A DNA stretch of 64,000 nt from Octopus vulgaris (lineage: Eukaryota), in the NCBI GenBank assembly GCA_951406725.2, contig OX597816.1, positions 158,596,001-158,660,000 of the forward strand. Reading direction: 5' to 3'. A program made the translations under genes and the position numbers. Below, in pieces: positions 24,803 through 37,922 of the stretch; the first letter of the stretch is position 1; the number at the start of each line of letters is the position of its first letter. Under the pieces are notes generated by a model. It searched no databases. It was not told where the DNA came from and saw nothing but the letters and a program-made list of their open reading frames with translations.

Positions 24803-25039
24803 AAGACAATCAATAACTGTCAAATTGAAAGCCCAAAATAAGCAAAAGGTCACTTTGGGGACTTGAAAGAATTTCAGGAAGAAGCTTGTCAAGGAAAGGT
24901 AACATTTTTTTTGTTGTCTTATAAGAAAATGGAAGCAATAATATAACTCTAAAATTGCAACATATTCAATTAAAAGTAATTAACAGGAAAAAAAAATGAA
25001 TGCAACAACTTTGAAACTTTGCAATTATTTAACACACAG

Positions 25040-25081
<42 letters not shown>

Positions 25082-26100
25082 CACAAACACACGTTCAAGT
25101 GGAAAGTTAGATATAAAAAAAGTATATAATAGTATAAGTTAAATTGTTTGGCAAATTAAAAAAAGTTTTAAACTGTAATTAACACTAATCATAAGGTCTT
25201 AATAATAGTAGATAATAAATTCTTAGGAAAGTCAGATAAAATTAAAATACCTACGTCAGCAAAAATTAATTAGCCACATGAAATTAATTGTTAATCTTAG
25301 GTATTTCAAAAATTCTATAAATAAAGAAGATAGTTATTGAAAAACATCACGTGTGTGTGTGTGTGTGTTGCAAAAAGTCTTAGAAAAAGATCAGGAAAGA
25401 GTGTTGGACAGGGAAGTGTCTAGAAAGGAAAGGTAATCTATTGCAACTTTGAATATTTTGAAATCTTTCTGTTTCTTGTTTTGAAGAAGAGAAATAATAA
25501 AAACTCCATGTGTACGGCCTGTTTAGAAAGTTGGGAAAGATGCTTGCGAGAGGAGGGAGACACTTGTGTACAGGTAATATATTCCACTTGTATTGTCCTT
25601 GTGCCATGCTAATGTTGGCAGCAAGCAGCAGTATACAACAGGACAGCCGGACAGGGTGTTGGCACAATCCATCTGTTCCCCTCTCTCTCAGTTGATCACA
25701 AACACACACACACGGACATACACATCATATATAATATACATACACAGGTACAGACACACATGCCTGCCCACCTCCGCTTTTACTCTTTCTTTATCTCTCT
25801 CTCTCTTTTTCTCACACTTTCTGTAGGCTTCACTCTTCACTACACGGCTGTACTGAACTGAACTGTTGCAGTTCCTAACAGGACTGATGTGCTTTACTTT
25901 CAGTACTAGAGTTTGGTTAGTCAATTGGAGAAACTAGTAATCCAAGGAAATCTCAGACAACTTCAGTCAGGCAGAGGGGAAAGTGCATGAGAGTGAGTGA
26001 GTGAGTGAGTGAGAGAGAGAGAGAGAAAGGAAAAAAACATTTACACCCTCCACTGCTCACACCCACACACACTCCCATTCTCACCTTATGTACACAAACA
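24193..26100 (-). promoter_or_regulatory. Putative long 5' UTR/promoter region upstream of the 24192 ATG
   Basis: No SINE/LINE copies over ~23700-26560, unlike the rest of the window; unique sequence mixed with CA/GA tracts. TSS not located. Confidence 0.35.
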
Positions 26101-26173
26101 CACACACACACCTAGATTATAAAGTTTAGAAGATCTGACAACAACAGAAGGCTAAGTGGAGTTTACCTGTAGC

Positions 26174-26212
<39 letters not shown>

Positions 26213-26562
26213 TATATAAAACAAGTTTATAAAGTAACCATTTCACATAGTCACCACAGTAAACTTATTCTCCCCTGCCACTGTTCCTCCTTCAAACACA
26301 TATTAGTTTCCTTTAAGATATTAAGGGAAATTGCACCTTAACAACAACAACAACAACAACAAAAATTACAATAATAAGAGAGGCATGAAGCAACAACCAT
26401 ATTTCTTCAGTACATTATTTTGTTTCTGCTAAATAGCTAGTGGAAAGAAAAAAGTTGTTAAAAGCTATTTAGTTACATAGGTTATGAGTTATTTACATAA
26501 CCATAAATATAGAAAGAGAGTTAGAACTTAAAACTACTACTTGGTTTGGAGTGATGATGGGA

Positions 26563-26603
<41 letters not shown>

Positions 26604-26609
26604 GATAAT

Positions 26610-27170
26610 AAATGCCCTGAAGCAGTACCAGGCAGTGGCTCTCATGGCTTCTGATCTTAACTGATTGGAAGTGTCATCATGTATATTGTTTTGTCTTGGT
26701 ATAAAAGATGGGCTACAGTAAATATTCTACTCAGTACCACAGTTTTGCTTGTCAGTTGTTTGACCTTAACCAGTTGAGCATGTCTCTTAGTGGCTGACGA
26801 TATGAGCATCTATGATCATGAGCAGAAGTAGTGGGGAAGCATCATAGCCATGTGTTGAGAGGGATTCTTAGAGGTTTGGATAATTCACCTTTAGAAACAT
26901 GGGTGGTTCATTCAACATCCTTAAACAATCCTTATTCAGGGACCTTTTGAGTGGGATGGGTTACTCGACTAGAAGAAAATTCTAACTGGGCCCCACTTGC
27001 AAGATCATGTGCTCTTTTATCTTGATATGAGATCCCCATGTCGTGCACATAAGGTTGTGATGCATGTGCCTAGTATACTCTTATTGGACGGGTAGTCATG
27101 AGGGGTATACTGGGCTTCGTATATTTTACCCGTGTCACTTTGATGGCATGCACTACTCTCTCACTCAATA
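26610..27170. mobile_element. Unclassified ~560-bp interspersed element embedded in (TAA)n
   Basis: Complex sequence with sharp edges, bounded on both sides by (aat)n; single copy in this window. Confidence 0.5.
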
Positions 27171-27184
27171 ATAATAATAATAAT

Positions 27185-27820
27185 AATCCTTTCTATTATA
27201 GGCACAAGGCCTGAAATTTGTGGGAAGGGGATAGTTGATTACATCAACATCCAGTATTTCACTGGCACTTAATTTATCGACTCTGAAAAGATGAAAGGCA
27301 AAGTTGACCTTGGCGGAATTTGAACTCAGAACATAGTGGCAGACAAAATACCTATTTCTTTACTACCCACAAGGGGCTAAATACAGAGAGGACAAACAAG
27401 GACAGACAAACAGATTAAGTTGATTATATAGACCCCAGTGCGTAACTGGTACTTATTTAATCAACCCTGAAATGATGAAAGGCAAAGTCGACCTCGGCAG
27501 AATTTGAACTCAGAACGTAACTGCAGACAAAATACCGCTAAGCATTTTGCCTGGTGTGCTAATGATTCTGTCAGCTAACAACCCTAAATAATAATAATAA
27601 TAATGATGGTTTCCAATTTTGCACAGACCTTAGTTTTTGAGAGGAGGTGGAAGTTGATTACATCCACCCCAGTATTCAACTGGTACTTATTTTATTGATC
27701 CCAAAAGAATGAAAGGCTAAGTCAACTTCAGCAAAATTTGAGTTCAGAACGTCAAGACAGACAAAATGCTGATAAGCTTCTAGTCCAGCCTGTTAACAAT
27801 TCAGCCAGTTCACCACCTTA
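27185..27820 (-). mobile_element. SINE family B array including a dimer
   Basis: Three bodies; dimer junction gacaaaatacc|tatttcttt at 27352/27353. Confidence 0.9.
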
Positions 27821-30269
27821 ATGAATAATGATTACATGACTATATGATTAAAGAGTTTGCCTTGCAACCATGAGGTCTTGGGTTCAAATACTAAACGTGT
27901 ACTTAGCCACTGTATCATAATTATTGATAATACTATTCTGCTGCTTGTCACCTACTCCCACCCACACCCTTTTCTGCAGTCTATAATCTCTTCTCCCCTG
28001 CCTCCCCCACTCAATCCATGGACATTGGTCACCCTCAACCATACCTAATCTCTACAGTTGTCACCTACTTTTCCCTACTTCTCCTTACCTCTTCTACACA
28101 TGTACATATTCAACCTTTCACCCATTTCCTACCTCTAACCATCACTCTCCCACATATTCTTGCAGCCTCTACTCAGCACTTATCTTGAAGAACCACCCTG
28201 ACACCTCACCACCACTATTTTTGCCTCTCTCCAGTTGCATCTAGTCTACTTTCTACCTCTATTCTGTGAGTAGCAGTGTAGCTTCCCTACAACAAGAAAA
28301 TTGTTCTGTTTTGGGTGCCTTTGACCTCACTTTAACCCCTCATGCCATATCATAAAGCTGCTGCTCTCTCAACTGTAGCCCCACTCAGTTCAAAGAAAAC
28401 CTAATCCTGCACGTTGGATGATGACCTCACTAGTGCAGATGTAACACCCAATACACTCAGTAAAGTGGTTGACCTTAGGAAGGACATTCAACCATGGAAA
28501 CCACGGCAAAGCAGACAGTTAACAGAACAATTAGCTCTCTGAATTGTGATGTCTTTGACTATTTCACAGACAATATAGTCCTATGTCACACACTGTGTGG
28601 AAATGCTGGCTCTTTGAATTAGAGGTACAGTTCATTTGAAAGGCTTCTTAACAGTTTCCACTTGATTTCACAAACAAGGCTTTTGCTGAACTGAGGCTAT
28701 GGTACAAGAGACTTGCTCCAGGTGCTGTTCAGCAGGATTGAACATGGAACTGTTTGATTGCAGAACAGGCTACTTAACCATTTTACATGTACCCATTTTA
28801 TAAGAGTACTTCAAATGAATGAGTACCTACAACAAACATCTCATCACCACAACTATTATTTTTATAACTGAGTAGTGAAAAGTAGAGAGGTGAAAGGCTT
28901 GCTGTAATATCAGCAGCTTGTCTGTAGACAGACAGACATGTTGGCAGGCAGTTTGTCAAAATAGAGAGGGAGAGTGGGAGGGAGAATGGAAAAAGAAAGT
29001 GATATGAGGCAGAATAGGTAAAAATGTAAAAAGTTACAAAGGATTCAAAAAAATCTGTAGTATTTTTAATTTCAAATTTCACTCATTGTTCACATAACAG
29101 TCATAAATATACACAATACTGCAAACACAAAGCACCATAACAAAGTCAATTGAAATGCAATTGTAAAACAGAAAAGAAACATTAATAACCTCCCCTCTAC
29201 ACACGCAATTACAAATATATATATATAAAAATGTCTAAGCCTTATGACTGCTGGAGTGAAGATAGAGCAACTGCTGTGCTGTCTAAAGCAGAAACACCTG
29301 TCCACAGCTGTTCTCTTGCCTTCATGATCAAAAACAAAAATAAATCAGACTATCATTTTCTTAATGGCATACCATTTACAGAGACAGACCTGAAACTGAC
29401 CTGGAATAAAGAGGGCATGTCACTGAATGGCAATGAGAAGACTTTGACAAACCCACTTGATTGACTGACTAACCAAATGATTAATCAAACAATTGGTTAG
29501 TTCATTGGTGAAATAGATAACCAATTGACAAATAAGTAACAAAGAAGTGAAATAGTACCAGTGCATGTGTTTATTATTGGCACAATGACCCTCCCAAGAA
29601 ATGGCAAATGTAGTTCAACATACAAGTTCATATCAGGAAACTTGCAAATCAAATATCCATGAGAATTCTTTATTATTATTTCCTTTTATTATTCAGAGTT
29701 GGCTGCAGCTGCTACTACGCTTATGTTTCCTGTCTCATGAAGCAAAGATGATTTCAATAACAAATATATTTTGTACGGTATTTAATAGACCTGTACTTGC
29801 AATTATAATCCAAATTTGTGACACTGGACACACAAAGATATTCCTCATATCTCATTTTATTTTATATACATAAATGTGTGTGTGTGAATATCATCATCAT
29901 CATCATCATCATCGTTTAATGTCCGCTTTCCATGCTAGCATGGGTTGGACGGTTCAACTGGGGTCTGGGAAGCCCGAAGGCTGCACCAGGCCACATCTGA
30001 CTGGCCTGGTGATTAATTATTAAAGGAAATGAGACAGTTATAGCCAATTCTTGACACACATTTTTGATCTTGCTATCCATTCCACAAAGAAAAAGAAAGA
30101 AAAAAATTCAATATGGTAAGTGGTATATGCTCAATAGTTAGACACAAACAGGTGAGAGAAACAACTGTTAGAGCCAATTATGTTACTCCCATATCAAAAT
30201 CAAAGCAAAAGAAATCCACATTTCTGCTTTATGGAGAAACACTCACAATGAGGGGGGAAAATAAAAACA

Positions 30270-30880
30270 CAAATATAAATATTCCATTTGTAGTCACCCA
30301 TAATCCTAGAAACTGTAACATCTTACATTTGGCCACACAATACATCCCAATTTTACATCAATCATCAAATCTCCAACAAATAATTAAAGAATTAAAAATT
30401 ATCAACAGCCAGAGACAACCATCAAATGTCAAAAGACTAACAAAAAATAACACGAGTAACAAACCGCAGAGACCCTCATTGTGGGATGTGTGAAATGATT
30501 GAATAAGGAACAGCCAAAGATTCAAGGATGGAAAGGAATTGAAGGTAAATGCAAACATAAATTGCAAAACGAAAAACTTATCTACCATATCACATGTTCA
30601 CAATGCAATGAGAATTACATTGGAGAAACAGGATCAAAGAGAATTACATTGGAGACACAGGATCAAAATTAGCCAGCTGAATGACAGTGCACAAACAGCA
30701 AATTAAAGATTCAGCTCTTAGAATAAATGCTCCAAGCAGTATACATCTAGACATTTGTGCAAATGGAAAATTAAAAATATTTCCTTTTTTTTTTTTTTTG
30801 AAAATAAAAGAAACTTATCAATAACAAAAAGACAAAAGAAGAATACTTTATAAGAATTCTAATTGCAAAACTACATCAGA
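30270..30880 (+). mobile_element. Second Penelope-like element relic (RT-EN linker and GIY-YIG endonuclease)
   Basis: IPFVVTHNPRN...SQRQPSNVKRL, then NCKTKN(fs)IYHITCSQCNENYIGETGS..L.S*MTVHKQQI..; contains frameshifts, stops and a 29-bp tandem duplication at 30610-30667. Confidence 0.8.
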
Positions 30881-31223
30881 AACAGTCAACACCATTACTA
30901 GAAAAAACTTCTTTTAAAGCAGATTAACCCAGAATACATTTGAAAAGTTAAAAATAAAAGCACTGACACACACAATACAAAAACTTCTTTCCCAAAAACT
31001 CATGTCATTCTGTTTTGACAAAAACATTTTAAAAAATATTTAATAACTTCAAGTCTTTTTTTAAATATGACAGCATTGAGTATTTTTGCAAAGCACGCAT
31101 TCAGCTAATAAAAATATTGCATTTTTTAAAGACATTTTATAGTCAATGGCCTAGTACCCTAATTTTAAGAGTAAATAGACAGTGTAACTAAATGAATATA
31201 GAAAATATAAGTAGTGGATGTGA

Positions 31224-31600
31224 GGTACAGGAGTGGCTGTGTGGTAAATATCTTGTTCATCAACCACATGGTTCTGGGTACAGTTCCACTGTGTAGCACC
31301 TTGGGCAAGAGTCTTCTACTATATCCTTGGGCCAACCAAAGCCTTGTGAGAGGATATGGTAGGCAGAAACTGAAAGAAGCCCATTGTAGATATATATATA
31401 TATATGTGTGTGTGTGTTTGTCCCCCCCCCAACGTTGCTTTACAACCATTGCTGGTGTAATTACATTCCCGTAACTTAGCGATTTGGTAACGGAGACTGA
31501 TAGAATAGGTACTGGGCTTACAAAGTCCTGGGATCAATTTGCTCAACGAAAGGCAGTGCTCCAACATGGCCACAGTCAAATGACTGAAACAAGTAAAAGA
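31224..31600 (+). mobile_element. SINE family A, full length
   Basis: A box tggctgtgtgg, B box gggt(t/a)cagt(c/t)cc, ccttgggcaag motif, internal (TA)(TG)n, aagtaaaaga tail. Confidence 0.9.
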
Positions 31601-32332
31601 ATGACTGACATTTTCAAGCTCAAACAACCCCCCCACCTGCCCCCTGTTCATTTGAGGTGGGAGGGGCACAATTGGATTGCTATCATTTATCCCTAGCTCC
31701 TCTCACCCTCACGAGAAGCCAGAATTACTTTGGGAGGAAGGGAGGGAAGCACCTTTTTCTGGTCACTTAGTTTCACATTAAATATAACCCAGTTCACCTC
31801 ATCAGTCAAGGAAGTAATGTTTTATCTGTTGCCGTGACAACAAATCAGCCCTTTTTTTATCTTCTTTTTATGTATGTGGGGGGAAGAGAGGGAGAGAGAG
31901 AGAGAACAGTATGTGTGTAGGGAGAAGTGCTTAGGTGATGGTGGGGAAGGGTATGAGAAAGACGGGGTGGGGGGTAGGCAATGATAAAAGGTTGCTGCTA
32001 ATGTTAGGTGTGTGACAGTGTGATAAGAATTCCAAATAAGATTGACAGTGATGGAAATGCCATAGGTGAGGGGGGAGGGAACAAGTAGAAGGGTAGGCAG
32101 GGGAGAAAAATAGTTCAATGCTATCTTTTATCTTTTACCTGTTTCAGTCTGCGGCCATGTTGCGGGGTACCGCCCTCAATTCTTAGTCAACTAAATCAAA
32201 CCCAGAATTTATTTTTAAGCCTATTATTTATTCTATTGGTCTCTATTGCTGAACCACTAGATTACAGGGATGCAAATACACCAACACTGGTTGTCAAGTG
32301 GTGATGATGGGGGACAAACAGCCAGAAAGACT

Positions 32333-32364
<32 letters not shown>

Positions 32365-32398
32365 CATACATTTATGTATATACATATATATGTATATA

Positions 32399-32807
32399 GG
32401 CACAGGAGTGGCTGTGTGGTAAGTAGCTTGCTAACCAACCACATGGTTCTGGGTTCAGTCCCACTGCGTGGCATCTTGGGCAAGTGTCTTCTGCTATAGC
32501 CCCGGGCCGACCAATACCTTGTGAGTGGATTTGGTAGACGGAAACTGAAAGAAGCCTGTCGTATATATGTATATATATATATATATGTGTGTGTGTGTTT
32601 GTGTGTCTTTGTTTGTTCCCCTAGCATTGCTTGATAACCGATGCTGGTGTGTTAACGTCCCCGTCACTTAGCGGTTCGGCAAAAGAGACCGATAAAATAA
32701 GTACTGGGCTTACAAAGAATAAGTACCGGGGTCAATTTGCTCGACTAAAGGCGGTGCTCCAGCATGGCCGCAGTCAATGACTGAAAAGAGTAAAAGAGAG
32801 TAAAGAG
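32399..32807 (+). mobile_element. SINE family A, full-length young copy
   Basis: ggcacaggagtggctgtgtggtaagtagcttgc...gggttcagtcccactgcgtggcatcttgggcaag...; CpGs retained; gagtaaaagagagtaaagag tail. Confidence 0.92.
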
Positions 32808-33079
32808 TATATACATGTGATTAATCTATATTTTGTATCTTTTCATCTGTCTTGCTCACTTACATTCTGGCATTTGCTTTGGGAACATTCCTTTCTTAGT
32901 GGTAAGACCATAGCGGATCTTCTTCTAGCAAAATGGATGTCCACTTACAGGTCATCCCTTTTATATGTATGTAATATAATATTTTCTGAAACTTCAGATT
33001 TTTAAATATGCTAGACCACTGGTTTTAAATTGATGTTAATCAAATTAATATCCAATTTTTCACCCTTATTATTTTATAT

Positions 33080-34384
33080 ATACATATATATGTATACATA
33101 CACACACACGCACACATATATATATACATATATCTATATACATATATATATACAAACATATGTATATACATAGATATATGCACACATATATATGTAGATA
33201 TATACACACACATATATATATAGCTATACACACACATATATATATATATAGATATATACACACACACACACATAGATATATACACTTATATAGATACACA
33301 CACACACACACATAGATATATACACTTATATAGATACACACACACACACACATAGATATATACACTTATATAGATACACACACACACACACATATATACA
33401 CTTACTAGCAGCATAGCCCGGCATTGCCCGGGTATGTAAGAGCCCCTAGTAGGCAACGACTAATCCCAATCTAGTCCTTTCCCTCTAGGGAACGAAGGCG
33501 CATGTGTAGGTTGCAATGTCTTCTCTTCACTCCCAAATAACTATCAAACAGCTATCGATAATTCAACCCAACCAATTCCTACCAGGAAGAAATTATATTC
33601 GAGACTTTACCCCCAACACCGCCACTTCTGCTAATAGCTGCTGCAGCCGCAAGTTATTCGAATACTTTTTTTGTTTACACTTTCTTTATAACTACCACCC
33701 CAAACGTTTTACCTTAAATTTTTGACGTACCCTAAGGGTCCTCGGACGCTACTTGCAAACTCTTGGTTTATCATAAACCGCTTTTGTCGTGTGCATCAAT
33801 AAAACCTTTTCCATTCGTTTGTTCAGTTTGGTCACTTTTGACTTTTTCGTTGTTGTCACTCACATTGCTGCCCGCTTTTTTGCTGTTTTTATACATTTTG
33901 GGATACTTACCCCCACGTGCTCAGAGAGTTAAAAAGGTCGAGTTGCGTCCCTTAGACAGTCTGTAGAAAATATGTTGCATATAAAAAGCTTAGATTCTCG
34001 ACCCATGTTGAATTTATCGATTTTTTTTCAGAACTGGGGGAACTTTTCAAAATTTTCGCTGCGTTAGTTTTGAATTATGACATTGGGCTATGTGTGTGTC
34101 AAGTTTCATCATAATCGGTTGAAAGCCGTGGTCAGGGTGAGGGTACAACCTGACAGACACACAGACAGACAAACTGCCGTTTATATATAGAGAGATATAG
34201 ACACACACACACACACACACATATACACTTATATAGATACACACACACACACATACACTTATATAGATACACACACACTTATATAGATACACACACACAC
34301 ACACATATACACTTATATAGATACACACACACACACATATACACTTATATAGACACACACACACACATATACACTTATATAGAT

Positions 34385-34428
<44 letters not shown>

Positions 34429-34430
34429 TC
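33080..34430. repeat. Compound TA/CA satellite (unit ~TATACACTTATATAGATA(CA)n), split by a Helitron
   Basis: Same unit on both sides of 33405-34195. Confidence 0.9.
33405..34195 (-). mobile_element. Non-autonomous Helitron (791 bp)
   Basis: Minus strand 5'-TC...CTAG-3', subterminal hairpin acccgggcaatgccgggc just before CTAG, inserted between A and T with no TSD. Confidence 0.88.
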
Positions 34431-34519
34431 GAATACATATAGATGTAATTGACTATCCCCCTCCCCCAAATTTCAGGCCTTGTGCCTATCATAGAAAGGA
34501 TTATTATTATCATTATTGC

Positions 34520-35200
34520 AGATGGCCTAGGAGAGCTGTGTGAAGAAGTGCCACTCCCAAACAGTGGGAGGAATCTGGGGTTGAGGTAGACCAAGGAAGA
34601 CATGGGATGAGGTGGTGAAGCATGACCTTCGAATGCTGGGCCTCACAGAGGCAATGACAAAAGACTTAGACTTCTGGAGGTATACTGTGACTGAGAAGAC
34701 CTGGCAAATAAAGTGAGTCCACAGCTGTAACCTACACCAGTGTCACATAACCAGCCCACTGGAATGTATCATGGATCGTAGGGAGACATGCCGTGCTTGA
34801 GGAGACCTATTGAGTCAAGTACATCAACATCAATAGCAATATCAAATCAGATGGAAATGTAGTTGTGAGCCCTGTGCCAGCAGCACATAAAAAGCACCAT
34901 CCAAATGTGGCTGATGCCAGTACCACTTTGACTGGCTTCTGTGCTGGTGGTACATAGAAAGCACCATCCAATTGTGGTTGATGCCAGCTCCTCTGGCCCC
35001 TGTGCTGGTGGCACGTAAAAAGCACCCACTACACTCTCGGAATGGTTGGCGTTAGGAATGGCATCCAGCTGTAGAAACACTACCAGATCAGAGTGGGGCC
35101 TGGTGCAGTCTCCTGGCTTCCCAGACCCCAGCCGAACTGTCCAACCCATGCCAGCATGGAAAATGGACGTTAAACAATGATGATGATTATGATGATGATG
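34520..35200 (+). mobile_element. 5'-truncated RTE-clade LINE (ORF C-terminus, 3' UTR and (GAT)n tail)
   Basis: GRPRKTWDEVVKHDLRMLGLTEAMTKDLDFWRYTVTEKTWQIK* is the typical RTE GRP..TW...W end, contiguous with the UTR found in many copies here. Confidence 0.88.
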
Positions 35201-36017
35201 ATTATGATGATGATGATTATTATTATTATATGTTTTTATAAATGACTTTGCCTTTCACCCTTACAACTGAGGTAAATACAATATGTACATCTCTACAAGT
35301 GCAGGGGTTGTTATTGTTGAGGGCAGTGCCTTAGCAGCCCCAAAACTGACACTACAAAACTAAAAGTACCAATATTCCCTTATGACAATATAAGAAAATG
35401 GTATCAAGAAAATGCATGAAAATCTTTACCAGAAGGGTTTACTTACAAAACACACAATATTTGGTTTATGAAATCATTATCCTTACTTCTAATGTTGTTG
35501 TTGTTCTTCAACACACAGATGGTTTGGTTGCCTGTAATTATGCCTCAGCTCCTGCTCACAGCTCAGAGGCACAACTCCTTTCCCAGCACATGAGCTGTTT
35601 GATGCATTGCACCCGTTTGTGCACTCATTTATAATAACAAATGCCAAAACAAATATCTGTGTGTCAGTGTGTCACACTTTGACCCCCCACCCTCTCTCAC
35701 TATTCAATGACACTTCCACTATTCTTCATATGGGAGTAATAGTAGACATAGTGGCAGTGAGGGTGGTAGTAGAGTGACAGTTGAGATGGTAATGGGGTGA
35801 CAGTAATAGTATGAGCTGTAGTTGTGATGATGAGGCAATGGTGATGATGGTGGTGGTAGCTAAAGCGGTCAGGGAAGATGGTGATAGTAAGCAATGTGAA
35901 AGATAGTGGTGATGGAGGAGAAGGCAGTGAAGCTGGAAGTATTGATGGTGGTGGCATCAGAAGTCTGAATGGTGTGTGTATGGTAGTTGTTGTTGTGATG
36001 GTGATGGTTGAAAACAA

Positions 36018-36056
<39 letters not shown>

Positions 36057-37239
36057 GTTAGACAGAAAAAAAATTGTTTTGACCCCTGAATGGAAAGACA
36101 AAATATGTTATCATGCAACTTTGCAATAAGTTCTAAGTCGATAAATTATATCATTGTTTTGATGAAAATTGTTCTTTGCTTGAAAAATATTGTTCAAATT
36201 TAATGAAATATTTTATACTCAATGTATGAAGTGTCATTGTTGGGCCCAAGGCCCAATGAAGATCCCTCCACAGGAGCTTGCTTAAAAGCTGCTCGATAGG
36301 GCGGCTTTTAAACTTGTATCAACTATTAGGGGCCTGTCAATGGGGATCACAGTCCTCACAGTACCAAGGTATGATATAATATTTTTTATTTCTTTATTGC
36401 CCACAAGGGGCTAAACATAGAGGAGACAAACTAGGACAGACAAAGGAATTACGTCGATTACATCAATTCCAGTGCGTAACTGGATGAATGGCAAAGTCGA
36501 CCTCGGTGGAATTTGAACTCAGAACAAACTCTGTGTGAATGTGTGTGTGTATTTTTGTGTTTACTTGTCTTGACACCATGTGAATGTTGTAAATGATTGC
36601 CATTCATTTCCAATGTTCTGTGCAAACATGTATGAAAACAGGTAAAAGTTGGCAACAGGAAGGGCATCTGGCCATAGAAAATCCACTTAATAAAGTGTGT
36701 CTGATCCATGTCAGCATAGAAAAGTGAACATTAAAACAATGAGGATGATGATGATTATGGCTTGACAAATAGATAAGTCATACCCAAAACACTTTTCATC
36801 CTAGTTCTGCTGAGTCACACACAGTTCAACAGCAACAGCAACAATTGCTGTGTATTCAATAAAACCTATTGTTCTGATAGGTTTTGTTTAGTCATTATAA
36901 TATTGGTGATGAAAAAAAAATCTAACCGTTCTGCTTGAACAAATATGTAAGGTACGAAGTCATGCTTCATTGATTCATGCTGTAAGAAATTTACTTTCAA
37001 GCAACAAATCTAAAGTTTTTATTTTTAGAATTTACATCATGATCATCTAATGTCCATTCTCCATGCTGACATGGGTAAGATAGTTTGAAAGGTGCTGGCC
37101 AGCTGAGGAGTTGCCAGGGCTCCATGTCTATTTTGGCATGGTTTCTACAACTGGATGCCCTTCCTAATACCAATCACTTTACAGAGTGTACAGGGTGCTT
37201 TTATGCACCACCGGCACAACTGGTTCTGATAAATAGATA

Positions 37240-37922
37240 TAAAATCAAAATCAAAATCAAAATCGATCAACATCAATGGAAATTGCAGCTGTGATATCAG
37301 TGCCGGTGGTACGTAAGAGAACCATCCGAATGTGACTGTTGCCAGCACTGCCCCAACTGGCCTCGTGCCAGTGACACGTAAAAAGCACCATCCGATCGTG
37401 GCCGTTGCCAGCCTCGCTTGGCCCCCATGCCGGTGGCACGTAAAAAGCACCATCCGATCATGGCCGTTTGCCAGCCTTGTCTGGCATCTGTGCCGGTGGC
37501 ACGTAAAAAGCACCCACTACACTTACGGAGTGGTTGGCATTAGGAAGGGCATCCAGCCGTAGAAACATTGCCAGATCAGACTGGGCTTGGTGCAGCCTTC
37601 TGGCTTCCCAGACCCCAGTTGAACTGTCCAACCCATGCTAGCATGGAAAGCGGATGCTAAACGATGATGATGATGATATATAGGTACCTGTGCCAGTGGA
37701 ACGTAAAAGCACCATTCAAGCATGGTTGATGCCAGTGTTGCCTGACTGGCTACCATGCTGGTGGCACATAAAAAGCATCCAGAGTGGTTGGCGTTAGGAA
37801 GGGCATCCAGCTGTAGAAACCTTGCCAAATCAGATTGGAGCCTGATGCAGTCTCCCTGGCTTGCCAGTCCTCAGTTGAACCGTGCAACCCATGCTAGCAT
37901 GGAAAGCTGATGATGATGATGA
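37240..37922 (+). mobile_element. Two tandem RTE 3' UTR copies with internal ~55-60-bp subrepeats
   Basis: Repeated ggtggcacgtaaaaagcaccatccga units; (gat)n tails at ~37675 and ~37920. Confidence 0.85.

Noticed and set aside
32399-32470. tRNA genes at SINE heads
   Set aside because: A/B boxes are present, but there is no complete cloverleaf and each runs into a SINE body.
33040-34603. Cys/Val/Tyr/Ile-rich ORFs (also at 22826-23205 and 50410-50740)
   Set aside because: Translations of TA/CA microsatellites.
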